64,000 nucleotides of DNA, taken from positions 1,888,001-1,952,000 of the forward strand of contig OZ253564.1 in the NCBI GenBank assembly GCA_965262915.1, read 5' to 3'. The notes below the pieces were generated by a model. The model searched no databases, was not told the DNA's origin, and worked only from the letters and a program-made list of their open reading frames with translations. Positions 42,461 through 51,195 of this stretch are shown piece after piece; position 1 is the first letter of the stretch; each line of letters starts with the position of its first letter. Source of the stretch: Candidatus Spongiisociaceae bacterium. GTDB lineage: Bacteria > Actinomycetota > Acidimicrobiia > Spongiisociales > Spongiisociaceae. Position numbers and translations under genes: made by a program.

Positions 42461-43240
42461 GTGAAGATCGGTTGGAGCAGTACACCGCTGCCTGTCCTGT
42501 TGCTGGTCGCGACCCTGGTCCTGGCGGCCTGCGAATTCCGCATCCATGCAGACCTGGTGATCGAGGACGACGAGACCGGAACGCTGTCGGTCGAGTTGTC
42601 GATGGACGAGGAGCTCGCAGCGCTGGCGGGTAGTGGCTTCGGTGGTGTAGTGGCCATCGGCGAGGACATGGTTCCATCCGGCTGGGCCGCCGACTTGGTG
42701 TCAGAAGGTGGGTACGAGGGCATTCGCTCCTCGACCGGGTTCGAGTCTCTCGACGGCCTCAGAGGGCGGCTGGAGGATCTGGTCGACGAGGCCGGCACCG
42801 CCGGCACCCCGCTGCCGGCTTTCCTCTCCGACATCTCCCCCAATCGAGACGGAGATACGTTCATCTTCCGCCTGGTGATCCCTGAGGCGGTCGAGGATCT
42901 GATCGGGGCGGGGTTGGAGGAGAGCCCCATACCGGTCGACTTGGCCACGCTCGACACGGTGTTCGATATCCGACTGACCATGGTGCTTCCGGGAGAACTC
43001 GTCACGAACAACGCCGATGTGGTGACCGGAGAGACCCTCGTATGGAACGTCTCGCTGACCGACGCCGGCAGGGTTCTCGAGGCCGAGTCGGAACTGCCCG
43101 GTCCCGACCGGACCAGGTTCATCGCGTGGGCGGCCGTAGCGCTCGCGCTCGTGATCGCCGCCTATATCGTGGTCAAGTTGCGCAAGCGCCGGCGGGCGGC
43201 GGTCCGCGACCGGGCGCAAGAACCGCCCGTGAGTTCCTGA
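42461..43240 (+). CDS. LppM/DUF3153-like lipoprotein with C-terminal TM
   Basis: Lipobox LAAC, LPGELVTNNAD..LVW, TM + KRRR. Confidence 0.75.
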   Translation: MKIGWSSTPLPVLLLVATLVLAACEFRIHADLVIEDDETGTLSVELSMDEELAALAGSGFGGVVAIGEDMVPSGWAADLVSEGGYEGIRSSTGFESLDGLRGRLEDLVDEAGTAGTPLPAFLSDISPNRDGDTFIFRLVIPEAVEDLIGAGLEESPIPVDLATLDTVFDIRLTMVLPGELVTNNADVVTGETLVWNVSLTDAGRVLEAESELPGPDRTRFIAWAAVALALVIAAYIVVKLRKRRRAAVRDRAQEPPVSS

Positions 43241-43325
43241 ACCGCGATTACCCGTCCGGACCGGCGGGTATCCGCCGGCTTGTGAGATACTGGACCGGCC
43301 AAGTGCGCTCCGCGGGGGAGGCTAC

Positions 43326-44765
43326 GTGAGGTTCATCGACGATCTGGCGCCGCGCCACGAGTTGACCTACTCGGATGTGTTCCTGGCGCCTTCGTTCTCG
43401 GATGTCGGTTCCCGGATGGATGTGGACCTGACCACTCCCGACGGGATCGGTACCAACATCCCGGTAGTGGTCGCCAACATGACCGCCGTGGCGGGCCGCC
43501 GCATGGCCGAGACAGTGGCCAGACGCGGTGCGATGGCGGTATTCCCCCAAGACGTTGAGGTCGACGCCATCGCCGATATGGTTGCCTCCGTGAAGCGGGC
43601 CCATCTGGTGGTGGACACCGCCATAACGCTGCGCCCCCAAGACACCATCGTCACGGCCCGGGCGCTGATCAACAAACGATCCCACCGGGCGGTGATCGTT
43701 GTGGATGGCGGGAATCGACCCGTCGGGATCTTCACCGAGGTCGACCAGGAGGGCGCCGACCCCTTCACCCAGCTGGCGGATGTGATGTCGCAGGACCCGA
43801 TCGTCCTCTCCGTCGATCTGGGTCCGGAGGCCATGTTCAACGCCCTGAACCGGCGCCGGATCCACCTCGCGCCGGTGGTGGAGGGATCGGGCCGGTTGGT
43901 GGGCGTCATCACCGAACAGGGCGCCCTCCGGGCCACCCTGTACGAGCCGGCTGTGGACGGACGCGAAAGCTTGCTGGTGGCTGCCGCCGTCGGGATCAGC
44001 GGCAAGGCGGGAGCGAAGGCGGCCGAGCTGGTCGACGTGGGGGTGGACGTTCTGGTTGTCGATACAGCGCACGGGCACCAGGCGAGGATGCTCAAGGCGC
44101 TCAAGGAGGTCCGCTCGGCCGTCGACGGTGTTCCGATCGTGGCGGGCAACGTGGTCACGAGCCGGGGTGTGAACGACCTCGTGGATGCCGGGGCGGATAT
44201 CGTCAAGGTCGGTGTGGGGCCGGGCGCTATGTGCACCACGAGGATGATGACAGGAGTCGGCCGTCCCCAGTTCTCGGCTGTTGCCGAGTGTGCGGCGACG
44301 GCCAGGGCGCGGGGCCGGCATGTGTGGGCGGACGGGGGTCTGCGCCATCCCCGCGATGTCGCGCTGGCGCTGGCCGCCGGAGCGGCCGGTGTGATGATCG
44401 GGTCGTGGTTTGCCGGTACCTACGAGTCGGCGGCAGAGGCGGTGCCCGACCGGAGCGGGCGGATCTACAAGGAGAACTACGGGATGGCGTCACGGCGGGC
44501 GGTGAGCCGGCGCGCCCGCAACGACACGCCCTACCAGAGGGCGCTCAAGACGCTGTTCGAGGAGGGCATCTCCGAGTCGCGCATGTATGTGGATCCGGAG
44601 GCGCCCGGTGTGGAGGACCTGATCGATCGCATCACGGCCGGCGTGAGGTCTGCATTTACCTATGCCGGCGCCCGGAACATCGACGAGTTCCACGAAAGGG
44701 CGGTCATCGGCGTCCAATCGATGGCCGGATACACCGAGGGCCAACCCCTCGAAGACGGCTGGTAG
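43326..44765 (+). CDS. guaB1: GuaB1 IMPDH-family protein with CBS pair (probable GMP reductase)
   Basis: LTYSDVFL, ANMTAVAGRRMAE, DTAHGH, GVGPGAMCTTR, FEEGIS. Confidence 0.93.
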   Translation: MRFIDDLAPRHELTYSDVFLAPSFSDVGSRMDVDLTTPDGIGTNIPVVVANMTAVAGRRMAETVARRGAMAVFPQDVEVDAIADMVASVKRAHLVVDTAITLRPQDTIVTARALINKRSHRAVIVVDGGNRPVGIFTEVDQEGADPFTQLADVMSQDPIVLSVDLGPEAMFNALNRRRIHLAPVVEGSGRLVGVITEQGALRATLYEPAVDGRESLLVAAAVGISGKAGAKAAELVDVGVDVLVVDTAHGHQARMLKALKEVRSAVDGVPIVAGNVVTSRGVNDLVDAGADIVKVGVGPGAMCTTRMMTGVGRPQFSAVAECAATARARGRHVWADGGLRHPRDVALALAAGAAGVMIGSWFAGTYESAAEAVPDRSGRIYKENYGMASRRAVSRRARNDTPYQRALKTLFEEGISESRMYVDPEAPGVEDLIDRITAGVRSAFTYAGARNIDEFHERAVIGVQSMAGYTEGQPLEDGW

Positions 44766-44857
44766 AGGCATCGAGCGGCGCTCGGTAACAGGTGAGCGGC
44801 CAGGATGTCGTTCGCTACGGTTGACCGGTACCCCAAGGGCCGTCAGGGGAGTGGACG

Positions 44858-45229
44858 ATGAAACCGGTCGAGATCACGGTTACCTGCGGCAGCGCCGAAG
44901 AGGCTGGCCGGATAATGCACGCAGTGGTCGAGCAACGGCTCGCCGCCTGCGGGCAGACCTGGCCCATCCGCAGCTGCTACCGATGGCAGGGAGGGGTCGT
45001 CACCGACGAGGAGCACGTGCTCCTGATGAAGTCGGTCGACATGCATTTCGAGGCAATCTGCGAGGTGATCGCACTGCTGCACGGCTACGAGTTGCCTTCC
45101 GTGGTGATGATCCCGCTGACGGGTCACGGGCCCGGTTACCTGGACTGGCTGCTCGAGGCGACGGGTCTGAACCCTCCCTCCCCACCGGTCGGCGGGCCGG
45201 CCGACCGGCTCCCGACGCGACCCGAGTGA
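44858..45229 (+). CDS. cutA: Divalent-cation tolerance protein CutA
   Basis: RLAAC, SCYRWQG, EE..LLMK, LHGYELP, YLDWL. Confidence 0.9.
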   Translation: MKPVEITVTCGSAEEAGRIMHAVVEQRLAACGQTWPIRSCYRWQGGVVTDEEHVLLMKSVDMHFEAICEVIALLHGYELPSVVMIPLTGHGPGYLDWLLEATGLNPPSPPVGGPADRLPTRPE

Positions 45230-45350
45230 AGCGACAACTCCGTAACGAGACACCGGGAGCGGGTGTCGGGGCGCTCGGCGGGAGTCCCCGCGCCCGGCCA
45301 GGGTCGAAATGGCGCTTGCCCGAGACGAATTCCGAGTAGCCTTCGGGTGG

Positions 45351-46337
45351 ATGGCACGAGTAAGACTGTTCGCGAGCCTGCGCGAGATCGCGGGAGCCTC
45401 GCAGCTCGACGTCGAAGGCGAAACGGTCGGGGATGTGGTGGCGGCTCTGGCGGCGCGTTACGGGCAGGGGTTCACCAGACGCCTGGAGACCGCGCGGATC
45501 TGGAAGAACGGGGACGAGGCCGCGGCCGGCGATCCAGTCACCGCAACCGACGAGTTGGCTGTGATACCGCCGGTCTCGGGAGGCGCAGCGGTGGGGATCG
45601 CGGGCAGCGGTCTCGAAAGCCTCGTGCTGGTCGGTCTGGTGGCGATACTGCTGGGTGCCAACGCTCTCAGCTCGGCCGTCCTGGCTGCGACGTGGGTCGG
45701 TGTGACGGCTCTCTGGGTGATCGATCTGGCGCGTTCCGCTTCCGATGGTGACTTCAGGATCGATTACCCGCCCCTCCTCGCTGCGATCCTGGTCTCGATG
45801 TCGTCCAGCATCACCTTCGGCCCGTCCGGACTCGGTGTGGGCGTCGCGATCTCGATGGTCATGGTCATGGGGTGGGCAATCGTCCAGCCCAGGGCGCGTG
45901 ATCTGACGATCATCGTGTCTTCGGTGCTCTGCGCGCTGATCGCCTCGCTATCGGTCGGTTCGATCATGCTGGCCCGAGCGTCGGCGGAGGGTGATCGCAA
46001 GGTAGCCGGGTTGTTGATCATCGCCGTGTTGGGAGCGCTTACGGGACGGGTCGTCGAGCGAAGCCGGGCCCGGATAGCCGATCCGTACCTGACGGCCTCC
46101 ATCATCACGGTACTGGCTGCCCTGGCGGTGGCCTACCTCTCGGACTTCGAGCTTCTCGGTTGGTTCTTCATAGGGTTGGTTCTGGCGGGCGGTATGATCG
46201 CCGGCCGGGGTATCGGCTCGGCTTTCCGGACGGGGCGGATCCAGTTGGCGGTGCGCCCGGACGGATTCCTGGCGGCGCTCGATGGTCCGATGGTTGCGGT
46301 GGCTGCTTTCATGCCGGTGGTCTGGTTGATATCCTGA
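45351..46337 (+). CDS. MoaD/ThiS ubiquitin-like domain fused to a multi-TM (CdsA-like) membrane domain
   Basis: VRLFASLREIAG...DELAVIPPVSGG followed in frame by ~8-9 TMs ending RPDGFLAALDG. Confidence 0.8.
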   Translation: MARVRLFASLREIAGASQLDVEGETVGDVVAALAARYGQGFTRRLETARIWKNGDEAAAGDPVTATDELAVIPPVSGGAAVGIAGSGLESLVLVGLVAILLGANALSSAVLAATWVGVTALWVIDLARSASDGDFRIDYPPLLAAILVSMSSSITFGPSGLGVGVAISMVMVMGWAIVQPRARDLTIIVSSVLCALIASLSVGSIMLARASAEGDRKVAGLLIIAVLGALTGRVVERSRARIADPYLTASIITVLAALAVAYLSDFELLGWFFIGLVLAGGMIAGRGIGSAFRTGRIQLAVRPDGFLAALDGPMVAVAAFMPVVWLIS

Positions 46338-46405
46338 GCTTCCGGTGCCGATCGGCCCGAGGTCAGGGACAGGCATCCACCACAATCCCCACCCGGCAAC
46401 AAGCG

Positions 46406-46574
46406 CTGGTGGTCTGTCTTTGAAATGGCGGTGCGGTATGCGCCGGGAGCGGCGTTCCTCGAAAGGGCCTCCGACGGAGGTGTGCGGAGAGCGCGTGCCG
46501 GGGATGGGCGGACCGAACGAGGCTCACGGGTGGCAGGTCGGCCACGGCGAATCATCTGGCAGGCATGCAGCCGG
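46406..46574. mobile_element. Diverged MITE family A (inverted)
   Basis: CTGG-TGGTCTGTCT start, 169 bp like the other copies; shares CCGG 46571-46574 with the adjacent D element. Confidence 0.7.
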
Positions 46575-46677
46575 CAAGGTGCTGAGAACCTCTCCGTTGG
46601 CTCGACGGTCGATGACAAAATGCCACGTCAGCGGACGATTGGTCAGCCATTTTGCCCGTTCTTCAGCACCCTCCTAG
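46571..46677. mobile_element. MITE family D
   Basis: AGGTGCTGAGAA...TTCAGCACCCTC-CTAG; inverted homolog at 50429-50532. Confidence 0.8.
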
Positions 46678-46689
46678 CCTCCGAGTTCG

Positions 46690-47799
46690 ATGTTGAGGCA
46701 CTCGCGGCGTGTCCTGGTGGTGGTCGTCCTCGTCGCGTTGGCGGCGACCTCGGACCCGGTTCCCTCGGCGGCGGTCACCAAAGCGGAGGTGGACGAGGCC
46801 TGCGCGGTATACCGGGACGCCAAGCAACGACTCGATGATGCCATCGGGGAGCGGGACGAGGCGCAGGCCCAGTATGCCGAGCTCCTCTCGGAGCGGGAGG
46901 TCACCTCCGACCGGGCTGATCGGCTGCAGCGCCAGATCGCGGAGCGCGAGGACGAGGTGGAGGAGCTCCATGACCGGGTGGTCGAGTGGGCTGTCGAGTC
47001 GTACATGGCGGCCGGAACCGAGATCAGCGGAATCGTGCTCCAGACCCGGTCCCTGGAGCAACTCGTGACCGGCCAGGAGTTCCTGGCGGTGATCACCACC
47101 GACCGCGTGGCGGCCGTGGACCGCCTCAAGATCATCGTCGCCGAGACCGGGGTCATGCAGGACGAACTCGATGAGCGTACGCTTCGCCTGCTATTGATCG
47201 AAACCGAGGCTCACCGATTGGCTCAAATCCTGGCGGGAGCCACCGACGAAGCGCTGGACGTGGCCCGCGAACTGAAGGGGGACTGCCGGCGCCTGTACGA
47301 GAAACGGCAGGCCGAGCTGGCCTTGGCCCGTGCACGCGAGGCTGCCCGGCGCTCCGGGGGAGCGGGGGGAGTCTCCCCGGCCCTCACCACGGGGTTCGTG
47401 TGCCCCATGAACCGGGGAGCGGTCTCCTTCATCAACGACTGGGGTTTCCCCCGGTCGGGTGGTCGCAAGCACCGGGGAAACGACATCTTCGCACCGATGC
47501 GCCAGGCCGTGAAAGCGGTGGTGAGCGGTTCGATAAGGTTGACGGGGGGAGGTCTGGGTGGAACCGGGCTCTGGTTGTCGGCCGACAACGGGGTCGACTA
47601 CTACTACGCCCACCTGGCCGGGTACGCGTCCGGCGTGAGCAGCGGCGCGCGCGTAGCCAGAGGCCAGGTGATCGCCTACAACGGCAACAGCGGCAACGCC
47701 CGCGGGGGTGCTCCTCACCTCCATTTCCAACTGCATCCGCGCGGAAGGACCAGTGCTCCGGTGAACCCCTACCCGACCCTCGTACGGGCCTGCCGGTGA
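46690..47799 (+). CDS. M23 family peptidase with signal peptide and coiled coil
   Basis: HRGNDIF, YYYAHL, GNSGNA, PHLHF. Confidence 0.92.
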   Translation: MLRHSRRVLVVVVLVALAATSDPVPSAAVTKAEVDEACAVYRDAKQRLDDAIGERDEAQAQYAELLSEREVTSDRADRLQRQIAEREDEVEELHDRVVEWAVESYMAAGTEISGIVLQTRSLEQLVTGQEFLAVITTDRVAAVDRLKIIVAETGVMQDELDERTLRLLLIETEAHRLAQILAGATDEALDVARELKGDCRRLYEKRQAELALARAREAARRSGGAGGVSPALTTGFVCPMNRGAVSFINDWGFPRSGGRKHRGNDIFAPMRQAVKAVVSGSIRLTGGGLGGTGLWLSADNGVDYYYAHLAGYASGVSSGARVARGQVIAYNGNSGNARGGAPHLHFQLHPRGRTSAPVNPYPTLVRACR

Positions 47800-47894
47800 A
47801 ATGAGGACCGATTCGCCGCGGAGCGCGCATCGGAAGGGCCCGCCGGGCCCGCGCCGGTGGCATTGCGGACACGACGCCCGGGGCTTGCCGGTTG

Positions 47895-48791
47895 ATGTTC
47901 ACCACGATCGCTGATCGCCACTCGCCGGTCGCGCCGAGGATAGGCCCCTTCGCGGGCCGGCACTTCTTGAGCACCGTGTGGAGGCATACCGCCGAGCCTT
48001 GGCAGACACCTCGTGTGCTCGCGGACGGCAAGGGCGAGGTGGTACTGGTGGAGGACTCCGACGGGGTCGGGCTGGCAGGCCACGAGGATCTGGTCGATTA
48101 CCGGTCCCCCGTCGGGGATTCGGTGCCCTTGCTGGCCGAGTATTTCGGGAAGCTCGGTCGAGGCCACACGTTACGCTTCGACTCCCTACCGGCCACCGCG
48201 GCCGATGTGTTCACGGCGGCGCTTGACCGCGTCGGGATCCCGCACCGCACGGTTGCCCATACCGCGACCGCCGTCGTGGACCTCCCGGGTTCCTTCGATG
48301 ACTACCTGATGTCGATCGGCAAGAAGGAGAGGCACGAGACACGCCGCAAGCGGCGCCGCTTCGAGGCGGCGCTGGGAAAGCCGCGCGTGGTCACTTTCGG
48401 GGAGGCGGGTCCCGCCCTCGAGGAGTTCTTCCGCCTGCACCGGAGGGCGGAGGGGGCCAAGGGTTCGTTCATGACCGATCGGATGTCCGGTATGTTCGGA
48501 GATCTCCTGGGGGGTGAAGGCTGGCGGCTGGACGCCCTGTACGGCGATGATCCGCGACCGGCGGCGGCCGTGATCGGCTACACCGACCAGGACGGCTACT
48601 ACCTCTACAACTCTGCCTACGACCCCGATCTGCGTGGCGCGTCGCCGGGTGTGGTGCTGCTGAGCGAACTTATCCGGTCGTCCATCGAGAGAGGGCTGGA
48701 GGTGTTCGACTTCCTCAAGGGCGACGAGACCTACAAGTTCAAGATGGGTGCCCGTTCCCGCTCCCTCTTCGTCATCGAGGGCACGACATGA
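47895..48791 (+). CDS. GNAT acetyltransferase (CelD/BcsL-like)
   Basis: LPGSFDDYL, YNSAYDP..SPGVVLL, FDFLKGDETYK. Confidence 0.85.
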   Translation: MFTTIADRHSPVAPRIGPFAGRHFLSTVWRHTAEPWQTPRVLADGKGEVVLVEDSDGVGLAGHEDLVDYRSPVGDSVPLLAEYFGKLGRGHTLRFDSLPATAADVFTAALDRVGIPHRTVAHTATAVVDLPGSFDDYLMSIGKKERHETRRKRRRFEAALGKPRVVTFGEAGPALEEFFRLHRRAEGAKGSFMTDRMSGMFGDLLGGEGWRLDALYGDDPRPAAAVIGYTDQDGYYLYNSAYDPDLRGASPGVVLLSELIRSSIERGLEVFDFLKGDETYKFKMGARSRSLFVIEGTT

Positions 48792-50023
48792 TCGGGCGGG
48801 TCGCCTTCCTGTCGATGCACACCTCCCCGCTCGACCTTCCCGGGTCGGGTGACGCCGGCGGCATGAACGTCTGCATCGACGAGTTGGCCACCAGCCTGGT
48901 TCGCCGGGGTGTGGAAGTCACGGTCTTCACCAGGCGTACCGATCCGGAACAGCCCGAGTCGACGGACACGTCGGACGGGTACCGGGTGGCGCATGTGGAT
49001 GCCGGGCCACCGCGGCGGATTCCCATAGCCGGGCTGGGGGATTGGGTGGGCGAGTTCGCCGGCCACGTCATCGAGGCCATCGCCGACCATCACCGCGGGG
49101 AGATCGCAACCGATCTCGTCCATAGCCACTACTGGCTGTCTGGTTGGGCGGGTCTGATCGTCAAGCAGGCCACCGGGCTTCCGATGGCCAACTCGTTCCA
49201 TACGCTCGGCAGGGTCAAGGACGCCACCAGGCGCCCTGGGCAGCCACCGGAACCGTTGCGGCGGATCGCGGCCGAGGCTGAGGTCATCGCCCTCTCGGAC
49301 TGCGTCATCGCATCCACCGACTACGAGGCGTTCGAGCTGATCGATCACTATGGTGCCGACCCGAGCCGGGTCTGCGTCAACCCGCCCGGAATCGATCTCC
49401 GGTTGTTCCGGCCCGGTGAGTGCCAGGAGGCGCGCCACGAGATCGGAATCGACGACGCGCCTACGGTCCTGTTCGTGGGTCGTATCCAGCCGCTGAAGGG
49501 ACTCGATGTGGCCGTCGAGGCGCTCCGAACGGTTCGGGAGCGGCTTCCACAGGCCCGGCTGCTGGTGGTGGGGGGGCCGAGCGGTCCGTCGGGCGAGGCT
49601 GAATACCGCCTCGTCAGGGAGTTGGCGGATCGGCTGGGACTGCGGGAGGCCGTGACCTGGTGGGGCGTGCAACCGCGCCACCGCATCCCGCTGTTCTACC
49701 GGGCGGCCGATGTGCTGATCGTACCCTCGCGGAGCGAATCGTTCGGCTTGGTGGCCGCCGAGGCGCAGGCCACCGGATTGCCGGTGGTGGCCGCCAACGT
49801 CGGCGGCCTGCGGTACATAGTCCGCGACGGCGCCTCGGGGATCCTGGTGGATGGATGGGATCCGGCCGGCTACGGCAAGGTACTGTCTGGGATCCTCGAA
49901 TCTCCGGCCGAACGCCTCCACCTCGCGAGAGGTGCTGTGGAGGCGGGTAGCCGTTACGGCTGGGGCACGGCGACCGATCGCCTCTTGGAGCTCTACCGTG
50001 GGATAACCGATGGGACGCGCTGA
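48788..50023 (+). CDS. mshA: D-inositol-3-phosphate glycosyltransferase (mycothiol)
   Basis: HTSPL..PGSGDAGGMNV, HSHYWLSG, GRIQPLKG, SESFGLVAAEAQ; followed by ybjN. Confidence 0.88.
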   Translation: MIGRVAFLSMHTSPLDLPGSGDAGGMNVCIDELATSLVRRGVEVTVFTRRTDPEQPESTDTSDGYRVAHVDAGPPRRIPIAGLGDWVGEFAGHVIEAIADHHRGEIATDLVHSHYWLSGWAGLIVKQATGLPMANSFHTLGRVKDATRRPGQPPEPLRRIAAEAEVIALSDCVIASTDYEAFELIDHYGADPSRVCVNPPGIDLRLFRPGECQEARHEIGIDDAPTVLFVGRIQPLKGLDVAVEALRTVRERLPQARLLVVGGPSGPSGEAEYRLVRELADRLGLREAVTWWGVQPRHRIPLFYRAADVLIVPSRSESFGLVAAEAQATGLPVVAANVGGLRYIVRDGASGILVDGWDPAGYGKVLSGILESPAERLHLARGAVEAGSRYGWGTATDRLLELYRGITDGTR

Positions 50024-50432
50024 ACTCTCGGAGCGCCTCGGGACCGTATTCGGGTCATGGGTCGACGACCCGGACTCCGACGTCGTGGCCGCCGAGTTGG
50101 TCGAGGGGCGCTGGGCTGTACGCATGGCTCAGCAGACCCGCGATTTCACGACGGTGTGGGTGACACCGGGGGATCTGACCGTTGCCTTCGAGGCCTACGT
50201 GCTGCCGCCGCCGCCTCGAAGAGTTGAGGAGGTGTACCGGCATCTTCTGTTCCGCAACCACCGGGCCTGGCGCGTCCACTTCGCGATCGATCGCTACGGC
50301 GAGATATACCTATTCGGCCGGGTGGATGTCTCCCAGGCGACCGAGGACACCCTCCAGTACGTGTTCGCGGAGATATACGGGCTGGTCGATCTGTCCTTCC
50401 GGCCCCTGGTGAGGACCGGATTCGGTCGTTAG
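50010..50432 (+). CDS. YbjN domain protein
   Basis: EAYVLPPP..EEVYRHLLFRN..VHFAID..GEIYLFGR; typical position after mshA. Confidence 0.8.
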   Translation: MGRAELSERLGTVFGSWVDDPDSDVVAAELVEGRWAVRMAQQTRDFTTVWVTPGDLTVAFEAYVLPPPPRRVEEVYRHLLFRNHRAWRVHFAIDRYGEIYLFGRVDVSQATEDTLQYVFAEIYGLVDLSFRPLVRTGFGR

Positions 50433-50532
50433 GAGAATGCCGAAAAACGGGTAAATGGTTGGCCCGTCGTCGCCGACGTAGCATCTTGTCGTCGACCGTC
50501 GGGCCAACGGGGGTTTCTCAGCACTCTCCTAG
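50429..50532. mobile_element. MITE family D inserted at the ybjN TAG stop
   Basis: TTAG-GAGAATGC...GCACTCTC-CTAG. Confidence 0.8.
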
Positions 50533-50802
50533 AGGGTGAGCGGATAAGCGGAGTTCGATCGCCCGTGTAGCCGCTCCCTGTCCGGTTGCCGGCCGGCTCT
50601 CTCCTGATCGTCGCTGTCTCCTCATGAACTGTCGCAATCTGTGTGTTCCAACCTGAACTCCTATCCGCGCATCCTCTCAGGAGGCTTGGATGCCGACGAT
50701 TGCTCCGGGCCCGCCGCGCTCGGATCAGGCGTCTACGGGTGGCCGCGGGCCGCGTGCGACCAGCCCCGCGGATGCCACTCCGTCAAAAAAACCCTTGCAT
50801 TC

Positions 50803-50848
50803 TTATCTACAGACAGTGTGCACAACCCCTTGGGGATTGTGTGGATAA
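50803..50848. promoter_or_regulatory. Cluster of DnaA-box-like 9-mers
   Basis: TTATCTACA 50803, GTGTGCACA 50816, perfect TGTGGATAA 50840; AT-rich flanks. Confidence 0.5.
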
Positions 50849-51195
50849 CTGCTCTTCGGGGGCTCATAATCTGATGATGGCCCTATAAACAATTTGGTAA
50901 CAGCTGTTTACAGGAGGATTGATTCTCCGGATACGACCACGTAAGGTATTAGCACGAAGGCCCGAGGTGCTGGAGCCGAGCGAATCCGTCAGGGGAAGTG
51001 CGGTGGAATTCGGTAAAGGTTCCTCGGGCTTTCGTCGTGCGGGTCGTGTCATGTTCCGGGTCGCCCGCTACCGGGGGACAGGCACTGCAGCGGGGGAACC
51101 TGGGGTTACACCAGGATCGGTCAGTGGGGGCCGCGCTCGTGCACCCGGATGCGAGTACGGTCGCGTCCTGCCTGGTAGTCTTGCTGCCGGAAACG

